NCBI GenBank assembly: GCA_016937175.1
Contig: JAFGWL010000056.1
Location: 25,685 to 89,684 of the forward strand
Length of the DNA: 64,000 nt
Source of the DNA: Candidatus Mcinerneyibacteriota bacterium
GTDB lineage: Bacteria > Macinerneyibacteriota > Macinerneyibacteria > Macinerneyibacteriales > DSCS01
Direction of reading: 5' to 3'
Positions 16,993 through 26,388 of the stretch are shown here, piece after piece. Under the pieces are notes generated by a model that did not search any database, was not told the DNA's origin, and saw only the letters and a list, made by a program, of their open reading frames with translations. The position numbers and the translations under genes were made by a program. Every line of letters begins with the position of its first letter. Positions within the stretch are counted from its first letter, which is position 1.

Positions 16993-17760
16993 ATGAAACG
17001 GGAATCATCTTTGTATCACTGTCCGGAATGCAGTGAATTCGTAACAATGTCCCAATCCTACTGTCCTGCTTGCGGGACACGCCTTTCCCCTTCCCGGCTC
17101 AGGCCAGCCGCAGAAGAGGATAAGGTGACCCGGAAACACAGACGCTCTTTTGTCCCCCTCATCCTCGTTTTCATCCTCCTTATCACCGCTGTCATTTTCC
17201 TCAGCCCTCTCAACCGGGCTCTTCGCCCTCTTCTTCCCGGAATGCCGGTTTTTCAGGAGCCCCCCGGGACCTTCGAATGGGACGGAGAATACCTTACGTC
17301 ACATGCGGGGAATTTTTATATCCGTCTTCCTTCTCCCCCGTCTTTTGAGATCTCACAGATCAAAGCTGAAGGGGCTTCTTTCGACGAATATATTTTTACA
17401 GCACAGGATGAAGAAAGCCAGTGTCGTATTCTTTTTACTCTTCTTGATGACAGGACTTGCGGGACTCTTGATTTCAGCCAGCCCCTGAAAGCTTTGGAAA
17501 CCCTCAGCAGGATGAACATCATCGAGGGGAACCCCGTATCGGCATCTCCCCTGCTCTTTTATGATTTCTGGCCGGGAATCGAATTTCAGGTAGAGGTCAT
17601 TCCCCGGCAGGGGTCTGCATTACTGGGAGTGGGACGAGCTTTTTTAAAAGAAAAGACCCTCTATATCATGGAAGTTGTCAGGCCCTCAGCCCCGGGGCTT
17701 CCCCAAAAGAGCTCTTCCATCCCCTGGGTCGACTCCTTCGGGTTGATCGATATCAACTGA
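16993..17760 (+). CDS. Zinc-ribbon (CPEC...CPAC) membrane-anchored protein with extracytoplasmic domain, 255 aa
   Basis: Two CxxC pairs at the N-terminus, then a TM helix (LILVFILLITAVIFL). The track start at 16957 is a TTG inside the -35 element and is rejected. Confidence 0.65.
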   Translation: MKRESSLYHCPECSEFVTMSQSYCPACGTRLSPSRLRPAAEEDKVTRKHRRSFVPLILVFILLITAVIFLSPLNRALRPLLPGMPVFQEPPGTFEWDGEYLTSHAGNFYIRLPSPPSFEISQIKAEGASFDEYIFTAQDEESQCRILFTLLDDRTCGTLDFSQPLKALETLSRMNIIEGNPVSASPLLFYDFWPGIEFQVEVIPRQGSALLGVGRAFLKEKTLYIMEVVRPSAPGLPQKSSSIPWVDSFGLIDIN

Positions 17761-17762
17761 TT

Positions 17763-19247
17763 CTATCTCTGATTATAATATCGGTACAGCTTGATGTCTG
17801 TGATCACCTTGCCCAGGCCCACAAAAATAACAAATATCTCAAGACGTCCCAGGAACATCCCGGCAATCTCAGTCCAAAGAATATAAGGCGGGGCTGTTGC
17901 TGAAGTCACTCCCACAGAAAGACCGACTGTCCCGAGAGAAGAGGCAAACTCAAAAAATGAATCTGTGAATGAGTATCCGGCTGTCATAAGGATAAGAGTT
18001 CCCGCGAAAAGAATCAGAAGATAGGTAAAGACAAAGGCAAAGATCTTGTGCACCATCTCTGTTGTGATCCATTGCATACCGCCGCCGTAATAGACTCCTT
18101 TACTTTGGATGGTATTCTTCGGTAAAAGCTGGCGTCTGATATGAAACCATAGTTCCTTAAGGATGACGATGACACGGATCTGCTTGACCCCCCCTGATGT
18201 CGAATAGGCTCCTCCTCCTGTGATCATTAAAATGGAGATAACTACAAGGGCGATCTCGCTGAATTTGGAATAGGGATGGATATTGAATCCGGTCGTTGTC
18301 AATCCCGATATAGACTCAAAAACAGCTGCTTTTATGCGATAAGCTAGCGGAGCTGCTTCACCTGAAGAAACAGAAAAAAAAAGGAACAGTGAACTTGCCA
18401 GGGCCATGACAGCGAAAAGCCTGACTTCAGTGTTCTTAAAAAGTTTTTTAATATTTCCGTGGAAGACCTCATAGGCTGTAATAAAATTCAGATTCCCCAC
18501 AAACATAAGAATGAGAATGATAAAATAAACAGGCCATGAACTCCAATAACCGATACTTTGAGGGTGCGTTGCAAAACCTCCGGTCGAGATCGCTGCAAAT
18601 GTATGATTGACAGCATCAAAAAAAGACATTCCGGCCCACTTTAAAAGAAGAACCCCCGTAATCGCATAAGCACCATAGATGCGCATGACGACTTTTGCCG
18701 AGCTGACCACGTTGGGGATCATTTTATCAGAGCGTCCCTCTGCTTCCATGATGGAACTACCGAAGCCGGCCTGTATTCCGAACACAGAAAGCATGATGAT
18801 GGCCAGCCCTGCTCCTCCGGCGAATTGCATAATACTTCTCCATAACAGAAAGGGAGATGTAATGGAGGTCACATCAAGCACAGAAAGGCCCGTCGTCGTC
18901 CATCCGCTCATGGATTCGAAAAAAGCAAGATGAAAGGGGATGTTCAGCCCGATCCAGAAAGGAAACGATGAGACTACAATGATCCAGAGCCAACCGAAAA
19001 CAGTCAGGACAGCACCGTAATAGAGATTCATCTCTTCATTTTTATAACGAATAAAGAGAATTCGTAGAACAAGCCCGGTGGCAAGGAGAACGAGAGAGGG
19101 AAACCAAAAAGAAAAGATCTCCCTGTTTCCTCCCCCCGAAGTCAAAAGAGCCATAAGGAGAGACGGAAGAAAGAGAAAACTTCCGATAATAGACATATAG
19201 CCTGTATAGTAGAGGATTCCAGCATATTTTCTCATTATCTCATTCAT
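17763..19247 (-). CDS. trkH: Trk/Ktr-type potassium uptake membrane subunit (TrkH/KtrB family)
   Basis: MSGWTTTGLSVLD and SGLTTTGFNI pore-loop motifs. Start MNEIM lies 4 nt after the upstream stop. Confidence 0.85.
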   Translation of the reverse strand: MNEIMRKYAGILYYTGYMSIIGSFLFLPSLLMALLTSGGGNREIFSFWFPSLVLLATGLVLRILFIRYKNEEMNLYYGAVLTVFGWLWIIVVSSFPFWIGLNIPFHLAFFESMSGWTTTGLSVLDVTSITSPFLLWRSIMQFAGGAGLAIIMLSVFGIQAGFGSSIMEAEGRSDKMIPNVVSSAKVVMRIYGAYAITGVLLLKWAGMSFFDAVNHTFAAISTGGFATHPQSIGYWSSWPVYFIILILMFVGNLNFITAYEVFHGNIKKLFKNTEVRLFAVMALASSLFLFFSVSSGEAAPLAYRIKAAVFESISGLTTTGFNIHPYSKFSEIALVVISILMITGGGAYSTSGGVKQIRVIVILKELWFHIRRQLLPKNTIQSKGVYYGGGMQWITTEMVHKIFAFVFTYLLILFAGTLILMTAGYSFTDSFFEFASSLGTVGLSVGVTSATAPPYILWTEIAGMFLGRLEIFVIFVGLGKVITDIKLYRYYNQR

Positions 19248-19251
19248 GTTG

Positions 19252-19908
19252 TCAGTCCCCTTCGATGATTTTTGCAATTTTTCCGATATTTTCAGGGTCA
19301 GAGATGACAAGGATCTTCTGCCCCGACCTCAGGGGAGTCTCTCCCCCGGGAATAGTGATCCCGTTCTCATCAAAGATGACACTGACCAGGGACATTTTGG
19401 GGAAATGGGCATCTTTGATAGCGACCCCGTTGACGGGCGAATCCTCGCTGATCTCGTATTGTGTCATAACTACTTTTCCTTCTGCGAAACTCATGAGATA
19501 AGAAAACCCTTCAAAGATGGTATTCTGACTGATCAGGTCGGCGATCATCTTTGTATTGGACAATCCTTTGATCCCGAAATCCCTAAAGACCTCTTCAAGC
19601 TCAAAATTGTTCACAAGAGCCAGGACATGAGGGACTTTGAAGATGGTCCTGGCTACTTGTCCAATAATGAAATTATCCTGATCCTTTTCCCGTAAAGTAA
19701 TCAGAACATCACAAAAATCAGTTTCCGCTTCTTTCAGGCTTTTCAGGCCCGTTCCGCTTCCCAGGATAACCCTGGCTTTTAATTCCTTCGACAAAAATTC
19801 GCATTCGCTTGGTTCACTGTTCAGAATTGTCAACTGATGCCCTTTTGAAAGTAGCATCTTACCTAGAAAAAATATAATACGTCCTGTGCCGATGATGGTT
19901 ATTTTCAC
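19252..19908 (-). CDS. trkA: TrkA/KtrA-like RCK protein (TrkA-N Rossmann plus TrkA-C)
   Basis: GTG start with GGGAGGA SD. VKITIIGTGRIIFFLG is Rossmann-type. The GTG overlaps the upstream TGA (GTGA). Confidence 0.75.
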   Translation of the reverse strand: MKITIIGTGRIIFFLGKMLLSKGHQLTILNSEPSECEFLSKELKARVILGSGTGLKSLKEAETDFCDVLITLREKDQDNFIIGQVARTIFKVPHVLALVNNFELEEVFRDFGIKGLSNTKMIADLISQNTIFEGFSYLMSFAEGKVVMTQYEISEDSPVNGVAIKDAHFPKMSLVSVIFDENGITIPGGETPLRSGQKILVISDPENIGKIAKIIEGD

Positions 19909-20330
19909 ATATCCTCCCTGAACATCCCCGTGATAAAGAGGTCTGACACCGTGGACACTGTGCTGAGGACTTCTATCCCAAAGTGATGGTAGAGCTCCTC
20001 CCATTTGGGATCGAAGACATGGGCAATGACCCTGGGGACTTCATAATATTTCCTCGCCATCTGGGCCACCATAAGATTGGCATTGTCATCATCACTCGTA
20101 CAAAGGAGATAATCGGCATCCTTTAATTTGGCTTGCTTCAGGATATTTGGATCAACTCCATCACCCAGGATCGTGAAGCCTCCGAAATTCTCATCCAATC
20201 TGGAGAAGGACTTCTTGTCTGTATCAATGACAGTGACACTGTGTCCGAGTCGGCTCAATTTATTAGCCAGATAGGATCCGATCTTCCCCGAACCTATGAT
20301 GACAATATACTTGATGTTTTTCATTATCAT
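19905..20330 (-). CDS. trkA: TrkA-N domain protein (NAD-binding RCK N-domain only)
   Basis: IVIIGSGKIGSYLANKL Rossmann motif. 141 aa. The ATG overlaps the stop of the response regulator (ATGA). Confidence 0.8.
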   Translation of the reverse strand: MIMKNIKYIVIIGSGKIGSYLANKLSRLGHSVTVIDTDKKSFSRLDENFGGFTILGDGVDPNILKQAKLKDADYLLCTSDDDNANLMVAQMARKYYEVPRVIAHVFDPKWEELYHHFGIEVLSTVSTVSDLFITGMFREDM

Positions 20331-20998
20331 CCACCAAGACTCACGGGTTTATCAGGATGCATACTCGTCGCCCGGTCAATATTCTCGATAGCGGGTTTAA
20401 AGGCCGGGTCTATGGCTGTTGCTGCCCTGTAATACTTCAAAGCGTTATTTCTCTCTCCAGTCTTCTCATAGTAGACCCCCATCAGATTGTAGCCTTCCGG
20501 CTGATTGGGATCAAGGGCTATAGCCCTCTTGATCAGCCCCAAAGCTGTGGATGTCTTCTTCCCTTTGATCAAACCGATGATCTTTTCAATAAGGTCGCCA
20601 TAACTCTCTTTTCCAGGAACACTCTCATCCCTCTCAAACTCGATATTCATTTCGACAATCTGTCGGATCTCTTTAGGAGTAAATGGTTTTTGGATAAAAT
20701 CCATCGCCCCTGCTTTCATAGCTTCCACGGCCGAATCAACTGTTCCGTGAGCTGTAATGATGATGACACAGGGTTTGATTTCAGAATTTTTCATAATTTC
20801 CTTAAGTGTATCGATACCGCTCATCCCCGGCATCTTCAGATCCAGAAGAATGATATCAAACCTGCTGGCTTTGTGCAATCTGACAGCTTCTTCACCGTTG
20901 ACAGCTGTTTCAATGAGACAATCCGGTTTCTCCAGCGCCATTTTTATTGTCGTTCTGATATTTTTTTCATCGTCTACGATAAGTATTTTTTTCATCAA
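20327..20998 (-). CDS. Response regulator: REC receiver domain fused to C-terminal TPR repeats, with no DNA-binding domain
   Basis: ILIVDDEKNIR...LLDLKMPGMSG receiver motifs. C-terminal TPR-like helices (YNLMGVYYEKTGERNNALKYYRAATAIDP). Confidence 0.85.
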   Translation of the reverse strand: MMKKILIVDDEKNIRTTIKMALEKPDCLIETAVNGEEAVRLHKASRFDIILLDLKMPGMSGIDTLKEIMKNSEIKPCVIIITAHGTVDSAVEAMKAGAMDFIQKPFTPKEIRQIVEMNIEFERDESVPGKESYGDLIEKIIGLIKGKKTSTALGLIKRAIALDPNQPEGYNLMGVYYEKTGERNNALKYYRAATAIDPAFKPAIENIDRATSMHPDKPVSLGG

Positions 20999-22854
20999 CC
21001 CTCCTCTTCTATCGTTCTCATAGGTAATGTGAAAGTAAAAGCCGCTCCATTGCCCTTCTCTGATTCGACCCAGATGGTTCCCTTATGAGCATGGATGATC
21101 TCCCTTGATATCGAAAGTCCCAATCCCGATGCCCCCTGCTTCTCCTTATCACCCGTTTGGAAAAAGCGGTCGAAGACACGGGAAAGATCCTCCGGGGAGA
21201 TTCCAGGACCGAAATCACGGACAGTGACATAGAGATTGTCCCGGATTATCCGGGTTTTAACTGCGACCTCTCCTTTTTCTTCGGTATACCGTAGGGCATT
21301 TCCTATAAGATTGACTAAGACCCAGACGATTTTTTCAGTATCATGGTAAAAAGGCGGACTCTCTTTACTGTCCACTTCTACTTTGATCCCCTTCTCTCTG
21401 ACCTGGTTTTCCAGGACACTTAATGCTTTATCGAGCGTCTCTGAAAAAGGACAAAGCTCAAAATTCAATGGAAGCTGGCCTGATTCCATTTTCGAAAGGT
21501 TCAAAAGATCACTGACCAGGTTGCTTAACCGGCTGATCTCTTCACCGATCATATCCACAAGTTCCGTCACCTCTTTGCCCTTAATTTTTTCTTTCAGCAG
21601 ATCGACACTCATCTGCATACCGGTCAATGGAGTCTTCAATTCATGGGATGCAGCCATAACAAAATCGCTTTTCATCTTATCCAGAATCCTAAACTTTGTG
21701 ATATCTGTAATCAGAACGACAGCCCCGAAGACCGATTCTTTTTTCATAAAGAGGGGGGTGATTGTATATTGATAATACTTTATACCTTTTTCTCCCTGGA
21801 TCTCGATCAGGTTTTCCCCTTCTTTTTTTTCAAGCCGGCCTGTTCCCATGATGCTTTTGATATTTTTAAACAGAGTCTCCTCTTTTATGACTTCAAGAAA
21901 ATGGCGGTCCAGAGATTCAGACTGGCTCATATGAAAGATATCGGCGGCTTTTGTGTTGATGTTGGTTATCTTCATTTCTTCATTGACGACAATGACGCCG
22001 TCATCGATCTTATTGATGATAGCTTCATTTTTCTTGGTCTCCGTAAGGATCTGCTTGATATTGAGATTCTGATAAAACTGAAGCTTCTGGCTCATCCTGT
22101 TGAATTCCGCAGCCAATTGCCCGAATTCGTCTTTTGATTTTGTTCCAAGTTTGATATTATAATTTCCCCGGCTGATTTCATCAATGGCTGGAAGAATCTC
22201 TTGCATCGGACGCGTGAGGAGGTGAGAAAAGAGAAGGCTCAGAAGAAAACCGGCCAAAAGAGTTCCGCTGCCGACAATAATCAAGGAGAGACGGCTTTTT
22301 GCTGCGATCTCTCTTGTCCGTTCACTGGTTAAAAACATGGTATGCTGGTTCAGGTTTCTTAAAGCGATACAGGCCTTCCTGACCTGATGAAATTTTACCA
22401 TCAGGTCGTTCAGGTAAAACTTTCTTCTTCCTTCATTCCCAGTACGCTGGTATTCCTTGACCATGAACTGATAGAACGAATTAAGGTAAGAATTGTAATG
22501 TTTTTCCAAATCCTCAATCAAAGCCCCCTCTCCCTGGATGGTCTCGTTCTCGGCAGCAGCCTTTAGCCATGAAAGAAAATCCTGCTCGTTCTTTTTAAAA
22601 TCTTCCAGAAGAGATGCACTGTAGTCTGAGAAGAGGATCAGCGTTATGCTGTCTTGCCGTTCAATCGAATCCACCATATTTTCAGCAGCGATAATACTGT
22701 TATAATTCTCCTTGAGGATCTCCTGACTTGCATCTCCCAGCTCGCTGAGTTTTGAGAGCGCCCATAGAAAGATCACTGCAATCAATACAAGAAAGACAGC
22801 ATAAGCGATGAGGATTCGCCACTTTAAAACCGGCTGATACTTTTTGTTATCCAT
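20995..22854 (-). CDS. Sensor histidine kinase (2 TM, HAMP, PAS, HisKA, HATPase)
   Basis: H-box HELKTPLTGM and G-box GLGLSISREI. 4-nt overlap with the downstream response regulator. Confidence 0.9.
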   Translation of the reverse strand: MDNKKYQPVLKWRILIAYAVFLVLIAVIFLWALSKLSELGDASQEILKENYNSIIAAENMVDSIERQDSITLILFSDYSASLLEDFKKNEQDFLSWLKAAAENETIQGEGALIEDLEKHYNSYLNSFYQFMVKEYQRTGNEGRRKFYLNDLMVKFHQVRKACIALRNLNQHTMFLTSERTREIAAKSRLSLIIVGSGTLLAGFLLSLLFSHLLTRPMQEILPAIDEISRGNYNIKLGTKSKDEFGQLAAEFNRMSQKLQFYQNLNIKQILTETKKNEAIINKIDDGVIVVNEEMKITNINTKAADIFHMSQSESLDRHFLEVIKEETLFKNIKSIMGTGRLEKKEGENLIEIQGEKGIKYYQYTITPLFMKKESVFGAVVLITDITKFRILDKMKSDFVMAASHELKTPLTGMQMSVDLLKEKIKGKEVTELVDMIGEEISRLSNLVSDLLNLSKMESGQLPLNFELCPFSETLDKALSVLENQVREKGIKVEVDSKESPPFYHDTEKIVWVLVNLIGNALRYTEEKGEVAVKTRIIRDNLYVTVRDFGPGISPEDLSRVFDRFFQTGDKEKQGASGLGLSISREIIHAHKGTIWVESEKGNGAAFTFTLPMRTIEEEG

Positions 22855-22898
22855 ATTGGGCTATTTTAGTCTGCCGGAGGTGTCTTGTCAATTTTCTT

Positions 22899-25379
22899 TT
22901 AACCCAACCGTTGCAACACCCTGGACAGTTCGGCAATAGAAAACGGCTTCTGTAAAAAGCCCACGGCTCCTTCCCTGGTCATAGCCCGGATCCTCTTGTC
23001 GCCAGTAAAACCGGAAATCAGGATAACGGAGACCCTGCTGTCTATTTTTTTCAGCTCCCGGAAGGTCTCGTACCCGTCCATCCCCGGCATGGAGAGGTCC
23101 AGCAGGACTCCTTTGAATTCACGGCCCTGTTCCCGATACAGAGCGATTCCCTCGGGCCCGCCGGAAACACAGATAGCTTCATATCCGCAAAGCTGAAGCA
23201 TCTCACTGGTAAAATCTCTGACCAGGCTTTCATCATCGATGATAAGGACCCTCCCTTCTCCCCTGATGATCTCATCCGTCACGGCCGGACATTGCGGAGC
23301 AGCTTTTTCCCCCTGGTAAGCGGGAAGAGTAATGGTAAAGAGAGTCCCTTTTCCCTCTGAGGAATCAACGGTGACTGTTCCCCCGTGCCTGTTCACGGCA
23401 TTGGAGACCATGATGAGTCCGAGTCCACTTCCGGCAGCTTTCTCTTTTGTGGTGAAAAAGGGGTCGAAGATCTGCCTGCGCACCCGTTCACTCATCCCCA
23501 CTCCTGTATCCCGGACAGTGATCACCCATGAAGCCCCCCCCTCTGCGGAGGGATGGAGAGCGACTGTCAGGGTCCCCCCCTTTTTCTCTTTTTCCGGGCG
23601 CATGATGGTCATGGCATGTTCGGCATTGACACAGAGGTTCAGGAGCATATGTTCGATCTGATAATAATCTCCGCTGATCAGGGCTTTTTGATCAAAAAAG
23701 TGAAAATCGAGGACCACCGATTTGTCCAGAGTATTCTTACAGATCTCAAAGATCTCTTCGAGGGCATCATTCAAGTCAAAGAGGGTCTCCTCCCCGCTGT
23801 TCATTTTGGATAAGCTGAGGAGCCTGTCGATCACCGATGAAGCTCGGCGTGAAGCTTTAGACAAGTTAGAAAGATAACCCAGGAGTTTCTCTTTATCGAG
23901 TTGTCCGCTCCTGTTGATATAGTATTCAGCCAGAGAGACCGTCCCTTCTATTCCCCCGAGGACATTGTTGAAATCGTGAGCCAGCCCTCCTGCCAGTGTT
24001 CCCACGACTTCCATCTTCTGAGCTTGAAGAAGCTGTCGGTTCATGAGATGGGATTCTGTCACGTCATCCACCCGGACTACCCCTTCCCTGCTGTTTTCTG
24101 TAAAGGGGAAAAAGGTGACATTTAGATAATATTCGGATTCTCCCGATTCATAGGGAAGCCCGAGGATGGTTTTTTCCCTGCCTTTTTTTGCAGCTTCCCG
24201 GATCTCAGACTCCACCGAGGCGAAGAAGGGGGAGACTTGCCCCAGTGAGAAATAACGTCCTTTCAGATGCTGAATGCCAAAGACACGCTCAGCAGCTTTG
24301 TTCCAGCCGGTCACGGTAAGGCCCCTGTCAATGGTGATCAGGACTGAAGGGGAAGAATCGATGATTCCCTGAAAATAGTTCTTGGACTCGGTGAGAGCCT
24401 TTTCCATCCGCCGGATCTCTTCCATCTCCTTTTTTGCCCGGGTGTTTTTCAGGCTCAGATAGATAAAGCCGGCGACCAGAGCCATAAGGACGAAAATGGT
24501 GAGAAAAAGACGCCACCGGTAACCCAGCAAAACCTCGACCTCACTGCTGTGAGGAGTCGAGACAGCGACTGACCAGAAGGTATCCCCCATCCTGATAGGA
24601 TAGAAGGAGGCGTATATGGTGATATTTTTCTCAGAATCCTCCGGTTTAAGGAAATAGGTGCCTTTTCCCTTCAATCCCTTGAGCATGTTGGTGATGATAC
24701 TCTCGAACCCGGGAGCTTCCTGGTGAAGGGCTCTTATCTTTTGTCCGATAAGCTCTTTAACAGGGTGGTAGATGATATACCCACCCTCTGAGATGACCCA
24801 GGGATACCCTTCCCCTGAGGTCCCGACGGGTTCGAAAAAACGACGGGCGATGGAATCAAAGGGGATCAGAACGGTAATACACCCTTTGAACGCTTCTCCT
24901 GCGAAAACGGGATAGGCATAGGCTACAGCCTGATATCCCTGAACAGTTTCAAAGACATCGCTGACCACAGGCTTGTGATCCTTTAAGATGCGTTCATTAT
25001 GTGGTTGCGAACTAACATCCATCCCGAGGACATCTTCCCGGACAGGATAGGTCCCTCTGATCCGTCCCGATTCATCGATCCGGGTCACAGCGATGATGCT
25101 CCCTTCATTGGCACGATAATAACGCTCCAGGAGCATCCCCATATCAAAGGTGTTGTAGATCACCCGGTTATGGGCCGACAGAAAATTCAGGTCTTTCTCG
25201 TAATGGCTGAAATATTCCCTGAGGGCTACCGAAGTCTGTTCGACGATGAGTTCGCGCTGCCGTTCGTGATGCCGGATGATCTCCTGAGAGATCTTATTAT
25301 AATTGACCAGGAGAAACAGCAGCCCTACACAGGTGAGACACCCTCCGATAAGAATCGATTTTGTAATTTTACCGTCCAT
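22899..25379 (-). CDS. Hybrid sensor histidine kinase (periplasmic Cache-like domain, PAS, HisKA, HATPase, C-terminal REC)
   Basis: H-box LAHDFNNVLGGI; GSGLGLIMV; C-terminal receiver VLIIDDESLV...LLDLSMPGMDG. Confidence 0.9.
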   Translation of the reverse strand: MDGKITKSILIGGCLTCVGLLFLLVNYNKISQEIIRHHERQRELIVEQTSVALREYFSHYEKDLNFLSAHNRVIYNTFDMGMLLERYYRANEGSIIAVTRIDESGRIRGTYPVREDVLGMDVSSQPHNERILKDHKPVVSDVFETVQGYQAVAYAYPVFAGEAFKGCITVLIPFDSIARRFFEPVGTSGEGYPWVISEGGYIIYHPVKELIGQKIRALHQEAPGFESIITNMLKGLKGKGTYFLKPEDSEKNITIYASFYPIRMGDTFWSVAVSTPHSSEVEVLLGYRWRLFLTIFVLMALVAGFIYLSLKNTRAKKEMEEIRRMEKALTESKNYFQGIIDSSPSVLITIDRGLTVTGWNKAAERVFGIQHLKGRYFSLGQVSPFFASVESEIREAAKKGREKTILGLPYESGESEYYLNVTFFPFTENSREGVVRVDDVTESHLMNRQLLQAQKMEVVGTLAGGLAHDFNNVLGGIEGTVSLAEYYINRSGQLDKEKLLGYLSNLSKASRRASSVIDRLLSLSKMNSGEETLFDLNDALEEIFEICKNTLDKSVVLDFHFFDQKALISGDYYQIEHMLLNLCVNAEHAMTIMRPEKEKKGGTLTVALHPSAEGGASWVITVRDTGVGMSERVRRQIFDPFFTTKEKAAGSGLGLIMVSNAVNRHGGTVTVDSSEGKGTLFTITLPAYQGEKAAPQCPAVTDEIIRGEGRVLIIDDESLVRDFTSEMLQLCGYEAICVSGGPEGIALYREQGREFKGVLLDLSMPGMDGYETFRELKKIDSRVSVILISGFTGDKRIRAMTREGAVGFLQKPFSIAELSRVLQRLG

Positions 25380-25555
25380 TTACATATCCTACCGTTGAGT
25401 ATGACCTGAAGAAGGCTTCCTGTCAATAACTGTCATGTTTTTGCTTCGTTTCTCTCCAGGCTAAGACTTCAGGCCCCGGCCCGGAGCCGCCTCCAGGGCC
25501 TGCAGGATTTAGAGGATTCGGTGGAAAGGAACGAAGGAAAGGCGGCTCCGATATC

Positions 25556-26056
25556 TCAAGCTGAAAGTGAAAAGGCCTTCTTGTCCCTTTGAGGGGAGAA
25601 GGGGCTTCTCTCTTTCAAGTGGACAGCCAGTGACGGGGTCTCCAAAAGAAGCTTGGCAAAGGAGATATTGAAAGACTCTTCACGGCTTGTCAGAAAGACT
25701 TCACGGAGACCGGCCACAGTTTCTGCAAATAAAAAGATATTGTCAAGCCTGAACGTCCGTCCGATAAGACGCAGATCAGCATAATCACTCTTTAACCGGG
25801 GCAAAAAACGCCTGGCATAATCTGTCACCCGGGGATTCTTTTCAAGATGAAGGAGGATCATTAAATAGGCCTCCCTCCCCGGTTCTTCCCCGGCTGATAT
25901 CCACTTCCATGTCCTCTCAGAATCCCGGTAAAACCACATGGGACAGGGATCTTCCTTAAAAAAGAGAGAAGCGCCCCCCCACTCGCCGGTAAGGGCAAAA
26001 TCCCAAAGAGCGGTCCTGCTGATATCTCCTCTTGTATCAAGAAGCGCTTCTTTCAT
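25556..26056 (-). CDS. Hypothetical protein (166 aa)
   Basis: Start MKEALLDT preceded by AAAGGAG. The track N-extension (start 26227) is in a different frame from the small upstream ORF and lacks an SD. Confidence 0.5.
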   Translation of the reverse strand: MKEALLDTRGDISRTALWDFALTGEWGGASLFFKEDPCPMWFYRDSERTWKWISAGEEPGREAYLMILLHLEKNPRVTDYARRFLPRLKSDYADLRLIGRTFRLDNIFLFAETVAGLREVFLTSREESFNISFAKLLLETPSLAVHLKERSPFSPQRDKKAFSLSA

Positions 26057-26193
26057 ATTGCGCTCCTTTTCCCTCTGGAAAAGGATTGCCTCTGCCCGCT
26101 GCTCCGGCGGATCATATAAACGACCTCCCTTGTGATCAACCCCCAGAGAAGAGCGGCTGTCCCCAATAAAATAAAAGCTAAAAGCATCATCAT
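26053..26193 (-). CDS. Small membrane peptide (46 aa) MMMLLAFILLGTAALLWGLITREVVYMIRRSSGQRQSFSRGKRSAI, translationally coupled to the downstream gene
   Basis: AAAGGAG SD. TM helix plus basic tail. Its stop TGA overlaps the ATG of 25556..26056 (ATGA). Confidence 0.4.
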   Translation of the reverse strand: MMMLLAFILLGTAALLWGLITREVVYMIRRSSGQRQSFSRGKRSAI

Positions 26194-26352
26194 TTCTCCT
26201 TTCTGTATTAATCATAAGGCCGCTCATTGATTCTTTGAAGATAGCAGTTTATTTATTTTAGAGTTCCCCTATTCTATTATATATTATTGTTATTCTAATA
26301 GTTACTTACTTTTATATTGTATTTAGGTTGCCATTTGCTGAACTTCTGAAAC

Positions 26353-26375
26353 GGGCGGAGAAGAAGCCTCCGCCC
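26353..26375 (-). terminator. GC-rich hairpin downstream of the pmbA-like gene
   Basis: Perfect 8-bp stem gggcggag/ctccgccc with a 7-nt loop; weak U-tract (GUUUCAG) on the minus strand. Confidence 0.4.
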
Positions 26376-26388
26376 GCAGGGAAAGTGT

